DNA of 62,641 nucleotides, the filler included, from Choristocarpus tenellus KU-1152 (taxonomy: Eukaryota > Protista > Phaeophyceae), in the NCBI GenBank assembly GCA_964200185.2. It is 10 parts of 10 records of this genome, joined end to end, with 100 filler letters (N's around TTAATTAATTAA, not from the genome) between each part and the next. Parts side by side here need not be neighbours in the genome. Positions count along the whole stretch, not along the records: positions 1 to 18,432 come from CAXNAD020000553.1; 9 more parts are not named here. One strand, written 5' to 3'. Numbering within the stretch: the stretch's first letter is position 1; each line of letters opens with the position of its first letter. The notes below the pieces were generated by a model. It was not told where the DNA came from. It made no database searches and was given only the letters and a program-made list of their open reading frames with translations. Both the position numbers and the translations under genes were made by a program. Below, in pieces: positions 1 to 11,900 of this stretch.

Positions 1-1040
1 CCTCCCCCACCCCTCACGTGCATAGCCAGATGTAAAGTAGATGTCATCAGCTGAACCGACTGAAGCCAAGCACTCCAAGATACAGAGTACTTCTAAGTAG
101 AAATTAGTACATGAACTAGCAAACAGCAATTGAATAAACCCAAAAATATGTCAGTCTGAGCATAACCCTAACCCTACTAGAGAGTGCAAAATGTTGAATG
201 ACAACACCAATACTCATCCCCATAGATACATTCTATTCATTTTTATACTATATTCCAGTACAAAGTATGAGTAAACGAGAGGTACAAAGAGTGGTATTTA
301 AGAATGTTGGCAAATATGTGCAAAATCCGGCGCATAAAAAATATGTGTATAAGATATTTTCCGAATTCTGTCAAAACGTTTCAAACAATAGAGAAATAAA
401 CTACTTCAAGTCAAAGTTAACTCTTCATCTGTAGGATTATGGGTGGATTGCAAAAGATTGAAAAACTGTCTTGTAATGCAAAACGACCAAAAACTGGATA
501 CCTCTCACTTAGTTTGACTCACTGAAATGGTTCACATACATGATACTGGCATTCTACGAATGGATGGATGGATAGTTGCTCCTGCACTCATTGTACGCAA
601 CCTGACCTCTCTTACCAATTCCCGTCATTTGGTTCCCCATTATTTAGGCTCAGACTCAAATCTCCTACCTATTGAGTGAGACTTGTGCCTGCAATATATG
701 AATGTATAAATGTGTTAGTGTGTGTGGCCAAACAGATAGCTCTCTACATGAATTACAAATATTCTGTGCTCCAAATTCAGCACATATGATTTCCTTCCCA
801 CACACTCAACCACAACTGTTGAATGGCATAATTATATTATTTTACTTTTAATTGCCTTTCATCTATAGATTCACCCTCTGTAATGGAGTGTTAGCAATAT
901 TAAGGGATTAGGGACCAAATAGAACTCTAACCCTAACTCTAGTATCTCAGCTGGTTGACTATCAATATATCAATAGATAATCACAGACAACAAGAAGGGG
1001 GGGCAAGCATGGCGGAGAATGCACTTTCAGGCACTAGTAG

Positions 1041-4000
1041 CTACTTCTTTTGCAAGGATGGGCTATGGAAAACCTTAGCCTCATTGGTCAGGCCGGTGAA
1101 GATAAGAGAGTTGCATGCTGGAACCCCCTTGGCAGAGATAGCCTTGATCACCTTCACAGACAAAAGGCAGAGATAGTCCAGGCAAAAGAAAAATAGGTTA
1201 GGGTTAGGTTTAGGACCCATGTGGATCATCAATTGGTGAGAATAGAAAAATGAGATATGAACATCATAACCTTAACCCTAACCCTAACATCATATCATAC
1301 TAGAAAACCAAGTGAATATTTTTAGCTTGCTAATGCACTACTACTTGACACACTATTATGCTCTCTGCCATTTGTTAACTTTAGCATCAGTTGTCAAGAG
1401 TCAGAGAATTGAAGGAGAAGATAACTAGCTGATACTTTAAAAAACTTCATAAAGGTACAGCAGTGTAGTGGGGTGGGCAGGGGGGGTATTACTAGTTAGG
1501 GTTAGGGGTATTCTTGGACATGATCTGCATACCTACTCCACTAGAAAATGATAATAAAAAAAGATGGAACACACGAAACAAAAAAAGGCAAGTGACTTTG
1601 TCACTATTATTAATACTATATATTATACATAGGGTTAGGGGAAATCGGAAGTCATGTACTCTACAATATATAAAAATATTTTCTACAAAAAGTTAACAGT
1701 TACATTGCAAATCAACAGCCCGCATTTCTTAAAACATCATGGAGTGAACATACCTCTTGCCCTAAGATTCCACCCAGAATTGCACAAACTGGTGACAACT
1801 CTACTCCCGCTGAAGAGCACATCGCCTTCAAAGTACTACAACTTCTAGGTCCCCCTGCCCCCTCCCCCACTGCTCCAGCCTTTGTACTCCGCCCCAGAAA
1901 GTCCTGCGGCATCTCATTTAGCTCCAGAGCTGCCTCAGCAAGTGAGGTAAAGGGTTCTATGTCTGTCGGTGTTGGTCGTCGGCCAAACTTGTCCATGAAT
2001 TGGAAGATTACTTTGGCAGAGTTTGGGGGGGGGGGAGGGGGGAGGGGGGAGGGATGGAGAGGGTTGGGAGGGTATGTTTCAGATATTGTTAGGGTTATGT
2101 CTTTGAGGACATCACCTCTCCAAAAGAAATCAAATCTCAAGTATCTAAAGATGTTTTTGAATATATTAAGTTGGACATTGAGTCTATTTGTTCATCTGAG
2201 CATGGTGATACTAACCAAGAACATCAGAAACGATCACATGGATACATTGCCAAACTCATCCTGAAGAGAAGATGGAAAGAAATCGATAACAGAATACCAA
2301 CAACAAAGACAACCCTAACCCTAACAACAAAGCCGGGCAAAGACAAACTTCCAGCACTGTGCCTAACAACCATCACAATTCCTTAACCATCCCAACAGGA
2401 TACCTAGTCAAACTATAGTGCCATAAACCTAAACACCAAACACAACTAGTTAATGAGATTAGGGTTAGGGTATGGTGGAAAAGAATGAACTCGTGCGTTC
2501 GGCTCACAAATGTCCACTATCTCTTTCTATTTAGAAAATATTCTAGTCTTCCACCTAGGAATTTGTAGTAGAAAAAGAGGTGATGACTATTCTGTATTTG
2601 GCCTAACCCTAACCCTTTGATTACCTCATGCTTTGCCAAACCCCATACTCTCTACATGCCAAACTCAACATGCCAAGGAGGGGGGATGAGAATAGTGAGG
2701 GACGGGCAATTACCCTCTTACTCTGAATAGTAATGTATGCCTGAGGCACATGGCCCCATCGGTCTTTCAGAGACCCCCACTTAGCTGCCGTCGCCTCCTC
2801 AAGGGAGGGGAACTCCATATCTATGGGGTCACTTAACCCCTGCCCCACCTCTCGCCTGCATGTATGTCTTGGACCAAGGTCACAGAACAAAAACCTGTGA
2901 CGGTTGGGGGATGTCTTTTGAGAGAGTCAAGAGTCTGGAGAGATAGGGGAGGGGGGAGGGGGGAGGGGACTTCGAGAAGATAAATAAACAATTTGATAAA
3001 AAAAATAAGATAAATATTTCTGAATTCTAGGGCTCCACCACCTCATCTTGTAAAAATGCCGTATATTAAGTGATCTCTTCATTTTCTTTTCAGAGAGATT
3101 ACACAGTATGTCAAGACTTAACTGTACAGTTGGATTACTCAAGTGAAGGGGAGTAATTCTTTTAATTTAACCACGGAGGGTGATTATGATTGAAAATAGA
3201 CAAAACATGTGAGAACATAGAAGTTAATGACCGGAGAATGCAGTAAAATTCCCAAACACAAACTAATGTCAACATTCTCAGGTAATAAAATAGTGGGACT
3301 GGGTTGTTCCACATCAAAGGAAGGCCAACATGACAGGTGAACTACCACAGAATAAACATCGTACAATAAAAAATAGTAGGGTGGGGGGTGGGGGAGGGCA
3401 GTAACCTCTCACAAGTATGTAATGCGGTACATAAAGCAAGATGGCTCCAGAAAGAGCATGTGAAGTGTTATTCACGCCATCAGTCCCAATACAAAAACCA
3501 AAAAAACGAGGAATGCATCTTCAAGCAGTCCAGAACAAATTTGATGCAAACTAACATGGAGAGATAGGGCCCATCACTCACCCATCATACCCAAATGTTT
3601 CTACCATGTAAAAGGCGATTCCCTTCAGACGACAGAGGGCAGCCATTCGCCTGTAGTCTTTAGGAAAACCACCTGACATTACAACAGCCCTGGTTAGGGT
3701 TAGGGTATCACATCAGTCATATGTGTGCGAATTGAGTAGAATAGGACAAAGGATTTCATCACACCGTCCAATATGTGTAACCCCTAGCCTTAACCCTAAC
3801 CCTAACCTTAATACTAATATCATGTATGCATATATATAGGTAAGAGTAAGAACTAGGGTTAGGGTTATCGGCATCAATGGAAGGGTTAGGGTGTCCGTGG
3901 ACAAGAAAATAGATGTGGCTGCTAGTAATAGGGTTAGTAATAGGGTTAGGGTTAGTAATTTTTAGTATAGTGAAGTAAAGTATGGAATAGTATTGTATGG

Positions 4001-7000
4001 TTCAGTATAGTACAATGCAGTATAGTGTGGGGGTTAGGCTTACATAAAAGTTAGAACTATGTATACTACATTCACTATATATAATATATATTGATCAAGT
4101 GCAGGGACCTTCTGAGGATGACAATGTCCCTTCCACAGTTGGTGCCAGTCCACAAGGACCCCAGTGCACATTGGCAACATAAATAATAAATCACTAAACA
4201 TCCAACACAACTTCTAGAACATGTTACAACAAGTATGGGAGTCAACTCAAGCACCAGTGAGAGAACACCATCACAATCCATCACCATCTAACCTCTTGAC
4301 CATGTCTTTTCAATCAACAAACATCAACAACACCAAGTAACAAACGAACCAACATTCCATTTTCAGAAATATAACCCTAACCCTAACCCTAACCCCAGGT
4401 AGCTCTCTGAAATACCTGAAGCATAAAACAAATACTTGTCTCATCCCTGCAGATAGAGGTAACGACCAATGGCGTACATACACAGTCTCATCCCTGCAGA
4501 TAATATATATATACAGATAATATATATATACAGATAATATATATATACAGATAATATATATATACAGATAATCAAAACAAACAAAACCTGCCTCTAACCC
4601 TAACCCCAACCCTAACCTTGGATGAACCCTAACCCTAATTGAAATAAACAAAGATTGCAACCTGAAGGGAAGAAAGAAATCATCTTTCAGTTCTGAGAGT
4701 GGTCGTATCTCATTCTCCACAGAGGATAGTCGGTTTAACTCCTTGGCCCTTGGGAGACACACCTCAGCTCGCTGTAATAGGGATCAGTCAACAAATCATC
4801 AGTGGATAGATGATCAATCAACAAATAATAATCAACGAATAAATAATCACCAGTCAACAAATAAACAGTGGATAGATGATCAATCAACAAATAATAATCA
4901 ACGAATAAATAATTACCCGTCAACAAATAAACAGTGAATAGATGATCAATCCACAAATAATAATCAACAAATAATCAGTGAATAGATGATCAATCAACAA
5001 ATAATAATCAACAAATAAATAATCATCAGTCAACAAATAATCAGTGAATAGATGATCAATCAACAAATAAATAATCACCAGTCAACAAATAAACAGTGAA
5101 TAGATGATCAATCAATAAATAATAATCAACGAATAAATAATCACCAGTCAACAAATAATCAGTGGATAGATGATCAATCGACAAATAATAATCAACAAAT
5201 AAATAATCATCAGTCAAAAATAATCAGTGAATAGATGATCAACCAACGAATAAATAATCATCAGTCAACAAATAAACAGTGAATAGATGATCAACCAACG
5301 AATAAATAATCATCAGTCAACAAATAAACAGTGAATAGATGATCAATCAACAAATAATAAACAACGAATAAATAATCAGTCAACAAATAATCAGTGAATA
5401 AATAATCACACACAAATGGCATTTTTTTTTTACAATGACGATGTTGGTCATGTAACATCAGGAACACATACTTACATCTATTTCAACAACACACACATAA
5501 TAAATGATACACCATATATGCATGATACATGATGTATGCTACATGATACATGTGTATGTATGTTGTGATCAGACCTAACTCACCTTAGCTCACTGCCATG
5601 GGGATGACCCATACAGGATATGTATGCACATATAAACAAAATTAATATTTCATATTATCAATTTAAGTTGTAAATCATCAGGATAGTACAAATTTAACAA
5701 CAGAAATACACACACACACATCTAACAACCCTAAACCTAACCCTAACCCAACACTCACAACTGTTCATCTTTCATTTTCTTTTTGTTTGTCAAATTGACC
5801 CACCTTCCCCATACATATCACAATATCCAACATAGATACACCCCACACATATCACGATATCCAACATAGATATCCAACATAGATATCCAACATAGATATC
5901 ACCCATATATATATATATACTGCAACAGAAGTTGAAGAAACAACACCCCTCCTTGGGAGCATATACTACAAAAATTATTGAGGTCCCACACATATATTGA
6001 GGCACTACCACTCAACAAGACCCTCGGTCATACCCTAACCCTAAGTCAGAAATCATAGGTGCAGACTTCACAACAATAGTCCCACTCCTCCCAAATGTTC
6101 AAAACCCTTACATTCTTCCCCACGTCCTCATCTGTCAAAAAAAAATTGGCACCGACATCCTCCGGTTTCACCAACTCACTGTCCTGTAGGGTGGCGTTGA
6201 TCCCTGCAAGAATAAGGTTCTTACAGGCCTCGGCAGTCACCTAAGAGTTAGTAAATAAAAAATAAAAAAATATTAAAAAAGAAGTGATGTGGAAGGGAAT
6301 TAATTGTCTTTCATGAGGTTGACTGTATCTTTTTTAGTCCGCAGGTATTGGATGAAAGAAAAACCCCAACTGTATTGATTTTAGTATAATATTTGTAATA
6401 ATTGTATTGAACACAAAAAAAGAGTAGAATATCATTTTATCACTTTGGAATAACCCTAGTCCTAACCCTAACACAAGAGTTTTTTTTTTTTCTGGGGGGT
6501 GTTGGAATTGGAATTGGAATTGTCAGTTTCAGAGGTAGCAACATAACACATGTGTGACCTTTGGCCCGAGTGTGTGTTGTCCATATCTGCTGTGGAAAAA
6601 AAAATAGTTGGCATTAGGGTTAGGGATAACCCTAACCCTAACCCTAACCCTAAGTCATTCCTGTACTATGCAGAGAAAATACTGATCTGTTTAAACGATT
6701 GCCTATCGCCAACTAACTGGCACTAGAGTAGCAAGTTACGCAGAGGTCTCCTGCAAAGTATCCCTAACTCTAAACACCAGCGGAAAATGTACTGGGTCAC
6801 AAGTTAAGGGCACCTCCATGTACAGCCAGGTTGGGAGGCATTCCCTAGGTGAAAATGTGCATCTGGATTAATATTGGAGTCCTGAGGGCTTTGCAAAATA
6901 TATACTGGTCGCATAGAGTGAAAGTATCCTAGAGGGTACGAGTTTATCCCTGTTTGTCCATTTTGGCCTTGGTTTCTCACGGGTTTTTAATGACAATTCA

Positions 7001-7664
7001 CCTGCTCCAAATTTTTTCGGAGTAGGTAAGATGCCTATGTTATGAAAAGATGTGTCCAGAATAAGGATATTGACATCTCCTAACAACCATGATAGCCAAA
7101 ATTACATCAAAATTGCAACATTGGATTTTGGTCCTCAAATGGACACGGCTCTACTCTCTAAGATACTCTGACTCATAAATATTTCCAACTCCCCTGTTAC
7201 ATGTTACATCGTGAGAGGGTTCTCCTTCCTGGCTGCTTACCTTGGCCATCTTGCAACTCATCTCTGCGGAGACAAGTCTGACTATTGCGAATAGTAAGAG
7301 ATATATCCAAGGACAGAGAATAAGCTACACCTCAAGGGTGTACATGAAGCGTATTGGGGTGGGGGGTGGGGCGGAGGGTTAATATCTGCACTTTTTCTAA
7401 ACAGAGCGTTGATTGACTGGAGTCANNNNNNNNNNCCCTTTAACCAGACCTCACTCTTCTTTGTTCCACATCATCGTTTACACCCGATGTGCCCGGGGGG
7501 GGGGTTAATATCTGCACTTTTTCTAAACAGAGCGTTGATTGACTGGAGTCACCTACCCCGTTAAGACCAGAGATAAGCACGCGCGAGCCGCTCATACGCT
7601 GCTGAGCATCAAGACCCCACAACCTGATCTGTCGATCGTACTGCTCCGAGGCATCTTCATTCAT
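1041..7664 (-). CDS. SAE1: SUMO-activating enzyme E1 subunit 1 (SAE1/AOS1), 7 coding exons: 7664-7557, 6240-6112, 4771-4662, 3689-3582, 2894-2722, 2010-1754, 1151-1041 (996 nt, 331 aa)
   Basis: All introns are GT-AG and phases join (0,0,2,2,1,0). Motifs EQYDRQIRLWGLDAQQRM..RVLISGLNGVTAEACKNLILAG, RAEVCLPRAKELN, FRAVVMSG, FYMVETFGYDGFLFCDLG and ELSPVCAILGGILGQEVIKAIS match the ThiF-like SAE1/Aos1 family. A TTGCAG just upstream of the ATG means a short extra 5' exon is possible. Confidence 0.92.
4783..5410. repeat. Compound minisatellite (CAGTCAACAAATAAACAGTGAATAGATGATCAATCAACAAATAATAAT...) in SAE1 intron 2
   Basis: Variable-length units seen directly, next to the exon-3 acceptor. Confidence 0.9.
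6614..6653. repeat. Head-to-head interstitial telomeric repeat (TTAGGG)2-ATAA-(CCCTAA)4
   Basis: Seen directly in SAE1 intron 1. Confidence 0.9.
6916..7174 (+). mobile_element. MITE family A (~255 bp, ~23-bp TIR), in SAE1 intron 1
   Basis: Family consensus TIRs GAGTGAAAGTATCTTAGAGGGTA ... TACCCTCTAAGATACTTTGGCTC (a few mismatches in this copy); flanks ATA/ATA; five more copies in the window. Confidence 0.85.
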
Positions 7665-8991
7665 ATACTGCAATGGTGTAGAGGAAGGGTAACGATGGGG
7701 TGCAGAATGTTATCCTATCAGTATGTACTCAGTGATGTATTTGTGCTTAGCATCAATCATAATCAGAGGATTCGGACGGTGAGGTTTTAAAGCTCCATTT
7801 TGCCCAATTTTGACTTCAAATCTGGACTTCGCCTCAGGTGTCAGAGTGAGAATCAGGAGGGTCAGGGACTCGCGGGTACATTCCAATGACTTTGTTCATA
7901 ATAAAATGACAATAATGAAGTGGGCAAAACGAATACGTTCTGGGAAGTTACAACAAGGTAGCACTTGAATTCATCCACAAATACAGGTGGAATATCCCGT
8001 GATCGGATGGCGGAGAGAAAATTATTGTTGAGGTTACGGGGTTTATTAATCCTCCAGATGCGTCTGGGTGTAGGATCCAATGCAAAATAACAAAGACCAC
8101 ACACACCGTTTCAATCCAAGTTCTTATAAAATCAAGCATCTTTTCCCTTTCCCTTTCCTTTTCACTAATCTCTATGAGGTGCATTTTTACTCCAGATTCG
8201 TAGGTATATACTAGCATGACTTCTTCAGAGCCGCTAGGTCAGGGACAGGCAGGTTATAGGCAACCATGTGAGACTAAAGGCCGTCAGTTACTAAGGGTGC
8301 GGCGTTGAAGCATTGAGCACACATTACGGTGTGCTACAACGATCGTTGACAAGACTCAAGCTTGGAAATATCTGATCTTCCGTCAGCAATGTCATCCTGA
8401 GCACACAGATGTACAAAAGATAGGTTGGGTTGAGGTACAAGAATCCCTCGCCTCCGCAGCATATAAACTGGTCCTTGACTAGGCGGAAGGGGATTGATAC
8501 TTTCAACCGATCTTTTACTACGTACCCCCTGATTGTTAGCAGATGCATCCATGGTGGTCGTGCTAGTCACTATACAAACACTCAAGGTTCAGGTTGGACC
8601 TTTCGCAAAGAATTTGCGTAATTTGAAATTATTGACATATTGAAGGTACACCCTGAAGGGGGTGATGGTGGGACCCCTTACCCTTATTTCAAAATTTGCA
8701 AATTTGCAAATTTGCAAAATGAGAGAGTAGAAACCCCGTTTACATTGAAAACAACGTGACATCTACTTATTTCCTAGACCAGAGTCTATACCTCATGACT
8801 CCCTGTGAAGGACATTTCTGTACACGGAGTCATCGGTTATAGGAAAGAATCATCCAAACCTCAATCTCCGACCAACTGGGAGAAGTGATCAGCGCAACTC
8901 TTTGGTGCTTACTTTGCACGATCCAATCCTTCCTAGACACGTACTGAAGGGTGACCAGTGTGACCCGTACATCCTCATTTCGTTTTACGAG
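7665..8991. promoter_or_regulatory. Putative bidirectional promoter/5'UTR region between divergent SAE1 and PolX genes
   Basis: About 1.3 kb between head-to-head start codons on one contig; contains palindromic (TTTGCAAA)x3 at 8695-8718. Function inferred. Confidence 0.5.
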
Positions 8992-11900
8992 ATGGAGGAA
9001 GCAACAGATTGTTGCCTTGGAGACCAGAATCGCATCACAACCTTCTCTTGGTTACTTGCGCAGCGGAAGCGACGACACTGGACCCTTCTTCACAATCTCA
9101 TTGAGGAGGTGAATCGTGAGGACCGTCATCAAACAGTCCTTCTAGCACGCCACGCGAGAGAAATTAGCAAGCAAGAGCAAATGACAGCAGATGATGACCA
9201 GGGAGGTGGCGAGGTAAAGTACTTAAAGAGCAGTGGAGGAAATCGTGAGGGATACCCGCTTTCCCCTCCGCCATACGATCGTATTGACAAACCAAGTACA
9301 GAGCCCCTGTCAAACATCCCATTGGAGACCACTGTGAAAGAGACCAGCATCAAACGAGATTTTTCTGAAGAGAGGGCGAAAAGATCGAAAGAAGGAAAGC
9401 AGGACGAGGGAAGGGGATTGGCAGTGACAAGTGGAATGCTTCAAGGGAAATCGACTGGACGGCAGGCACCAAATGGCTGTGTCATGGTTGAGCTTCTAGC
9501 TGGTAGCGCGACCCTAGGGAAACGGGTGTCAAAGAAGTGGCTAGCATCAGGTGCTTCCACGGATGGGTCAGCCTTCGGTAGAAAGGCGAAGGGCGGAAAA
9601 AATTCCAGATTCTATGTCGATGGACGGGTATGCGAGGTGAAAGAAAGAGGGAAAGGACAAAACAAGACTTGGGACAAGGGTAAGGGTAAGGCAAAGGGCA
9701 AGTACAAGCACAACTGTGACGCGGCTACTGACCAGTGGTCTAGTTTTTCCCTTCAGCGCCCCATAAACGATGACAAGGGTGATTCCTTCGCCTCCCTGCA
9801 TGTGTGTACAGTGCGACTGGGTGCGGTGACGCAAGCAACGATCTCGACCTGGGCCCGGGGACTCGGTCGACTAGGGGGAAACATTAGCACAGATTTTGTC
9901 CCTGATGTCACCACACACATTGTTGTGGACCCCAGCCTTCACCCTGGTAGCCTTGCTGGCTACAGTGGCTGGGAAACAATGTTGACAGCGATTGAAGCAG
10001 CATCGAAGAGAAAAAATGATAAGGAGCATGGTGGGTTGGATGGGAAGATGACTCAACTTTCGTGCAGTGGAGGCAAGACAGACCAAGTTGCTTATGAAAG
10101 AGCACTTCTCGCTCCTCAGGTTATGCTGGTCAGGTCTAACTGGCTGGTGGACTGCTTGAGGCATGGGACTGTTGTAGATGAGACTGGACACATTCTTGTA
10201 CCTGATCCAGTTTGGGGACTAGTTCTCCATTCAGGTGATGTTGACAGTAGCAACAAGAAACAACAGTGCACCTCAACAATAGCAATAGTCCCACCACCAC
10301 CTGAGGGGTCAGGAGGGTCAATCAGTCTTCCTCTACAAGAGCATAAAGGGACTGGAGGAGTCTGCGGTGAAGAGGAATGTCTGACGAGGGGTGCAAGAAG
10401 AGAATCGCCAATACCGAGAGGGGAGATACCAGCACCATCTCAAGAGTTGAAAACCTTGAAATCTGGAGGCTGGGGGCAGTACAAGGGTGACATCCAGCGT
10501 GAAGGATTACCTCTACCAATGGGTAGTGTGAAAGGGGGTTTCGGTGGGGTTGACATAAGGGCCATGCAAAGGAGAGGGAGGTTTGCCTGTCAAGCCAGTG
10601 TTTCTTCATCAGATAAGGTGGGAAGGACTTGCCATGTTTTGGGAAGAAATAGAGGGAAGAGGAGGAAGACAGGAGAGAGGATTTTTCGGCTCCATCCTTT
10701 GTAGTCAATTTATTTCTTGATCTTGGTTGTGGATAGAACAGCCAAGAACTAAGAATTTTTAGGGTCAGTTTTATCTTCCAATATCTATCTCACATACACA
10801 AACAAGGCTGATCGCATCCAGTTTCAAAACATATGACATGGTTTTCTTGGAGTACATTTGTAACCTCCATGACGTTTGCAGCTCAGAAATAATACACAGT
10901 GACTTGATTTATTTTTTATATGAGTCCCTCCACTTCAACTTATATTTTCAACTACTTTGTGAGAAAGGATCACCTAGACATCTCTAGGTTCTGAGCATTG
11001 ACTTCTGACACATCGATTCTTTCCCAGCCCTCTTCCTCTTCTCCTCTGCAATATTCTTTTGCACATATATCATGGAGTAAGTAAGCTTTGTTCTGTGCAC
11101 GAATTGTGCTTGTTCTCATTGCCACCAACTTTCAACCCCAACCCTAACTTTTTCATTTGTCACTCTCTTACTGGTCTACAACTGAGTAACTTAAAAGGTC
11201 ACTCCTCACAATGAGGCGGCAGCAGCAGTGTTGGAGGAACTAGCAGGGGTGTTTGACGCTTTGAAAGGTCAAGGGGACAACTGGAGAGCTATGGGTTTCA
11301 AGAGAGCAGCAGGGGTACTGCGTCGCCTGGATGTTGAAATCACCAGCGTGACTCATCTTGAGGTACACTGTGAGATGATCCCACAAGAAGAGGGCATGCT
11401 GTGAGAAGCCTCCTGAAGTAACTTGAACATGATTTCACACTCAGGATATGTAGATTAGGGTTAGGGTTAGATAGATGAAAACTTGGTGAACTAAAAAATA
11501 CCTGTTTTGTTCCTGAACCTTACCTAGAATCTCGATAAGAACCTACAGGAACCCTAATTGTGCCCCTAACCCTAACATTTGCCTGACCTTGAACCTGATT
11601 CCCAAGAACAGGACCAGACCCGAACTTCCTGTGCAAAGTTCTTGGTTAGGGTTAGGGGCATTTGATGTTTGAAGCAGGTCTGAACACTGTATATTCCTGA
11701 TTTGACTGACTTCACATTGACTGTCTTAACCTTGAAGCAATAGGACCTACCAATCAGATGTGCTGACCCTGACACTTTCACTGATGGGGGTGGGATGGGG
11801 TGGGTGGTGCCAATGGACCGTGTCCCACCTGGCTGCAAAATGATGTGAACTAGGAGCTCAGGAAATCTCATCCAGGACGTTTCAAAGGCGTAGGTTCTAG

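Noticed and set aside
6621-6635. TAGGGATAA resembling half an I-SceI site
   Set aside because: Chance by-product of the inverted telomeric junction.
7376-7550. 50-bp direct repeat flanking a 10-N gap
   Set aside because: Most likely a scaffolding or haplotype artefact at a poly-G stretch.
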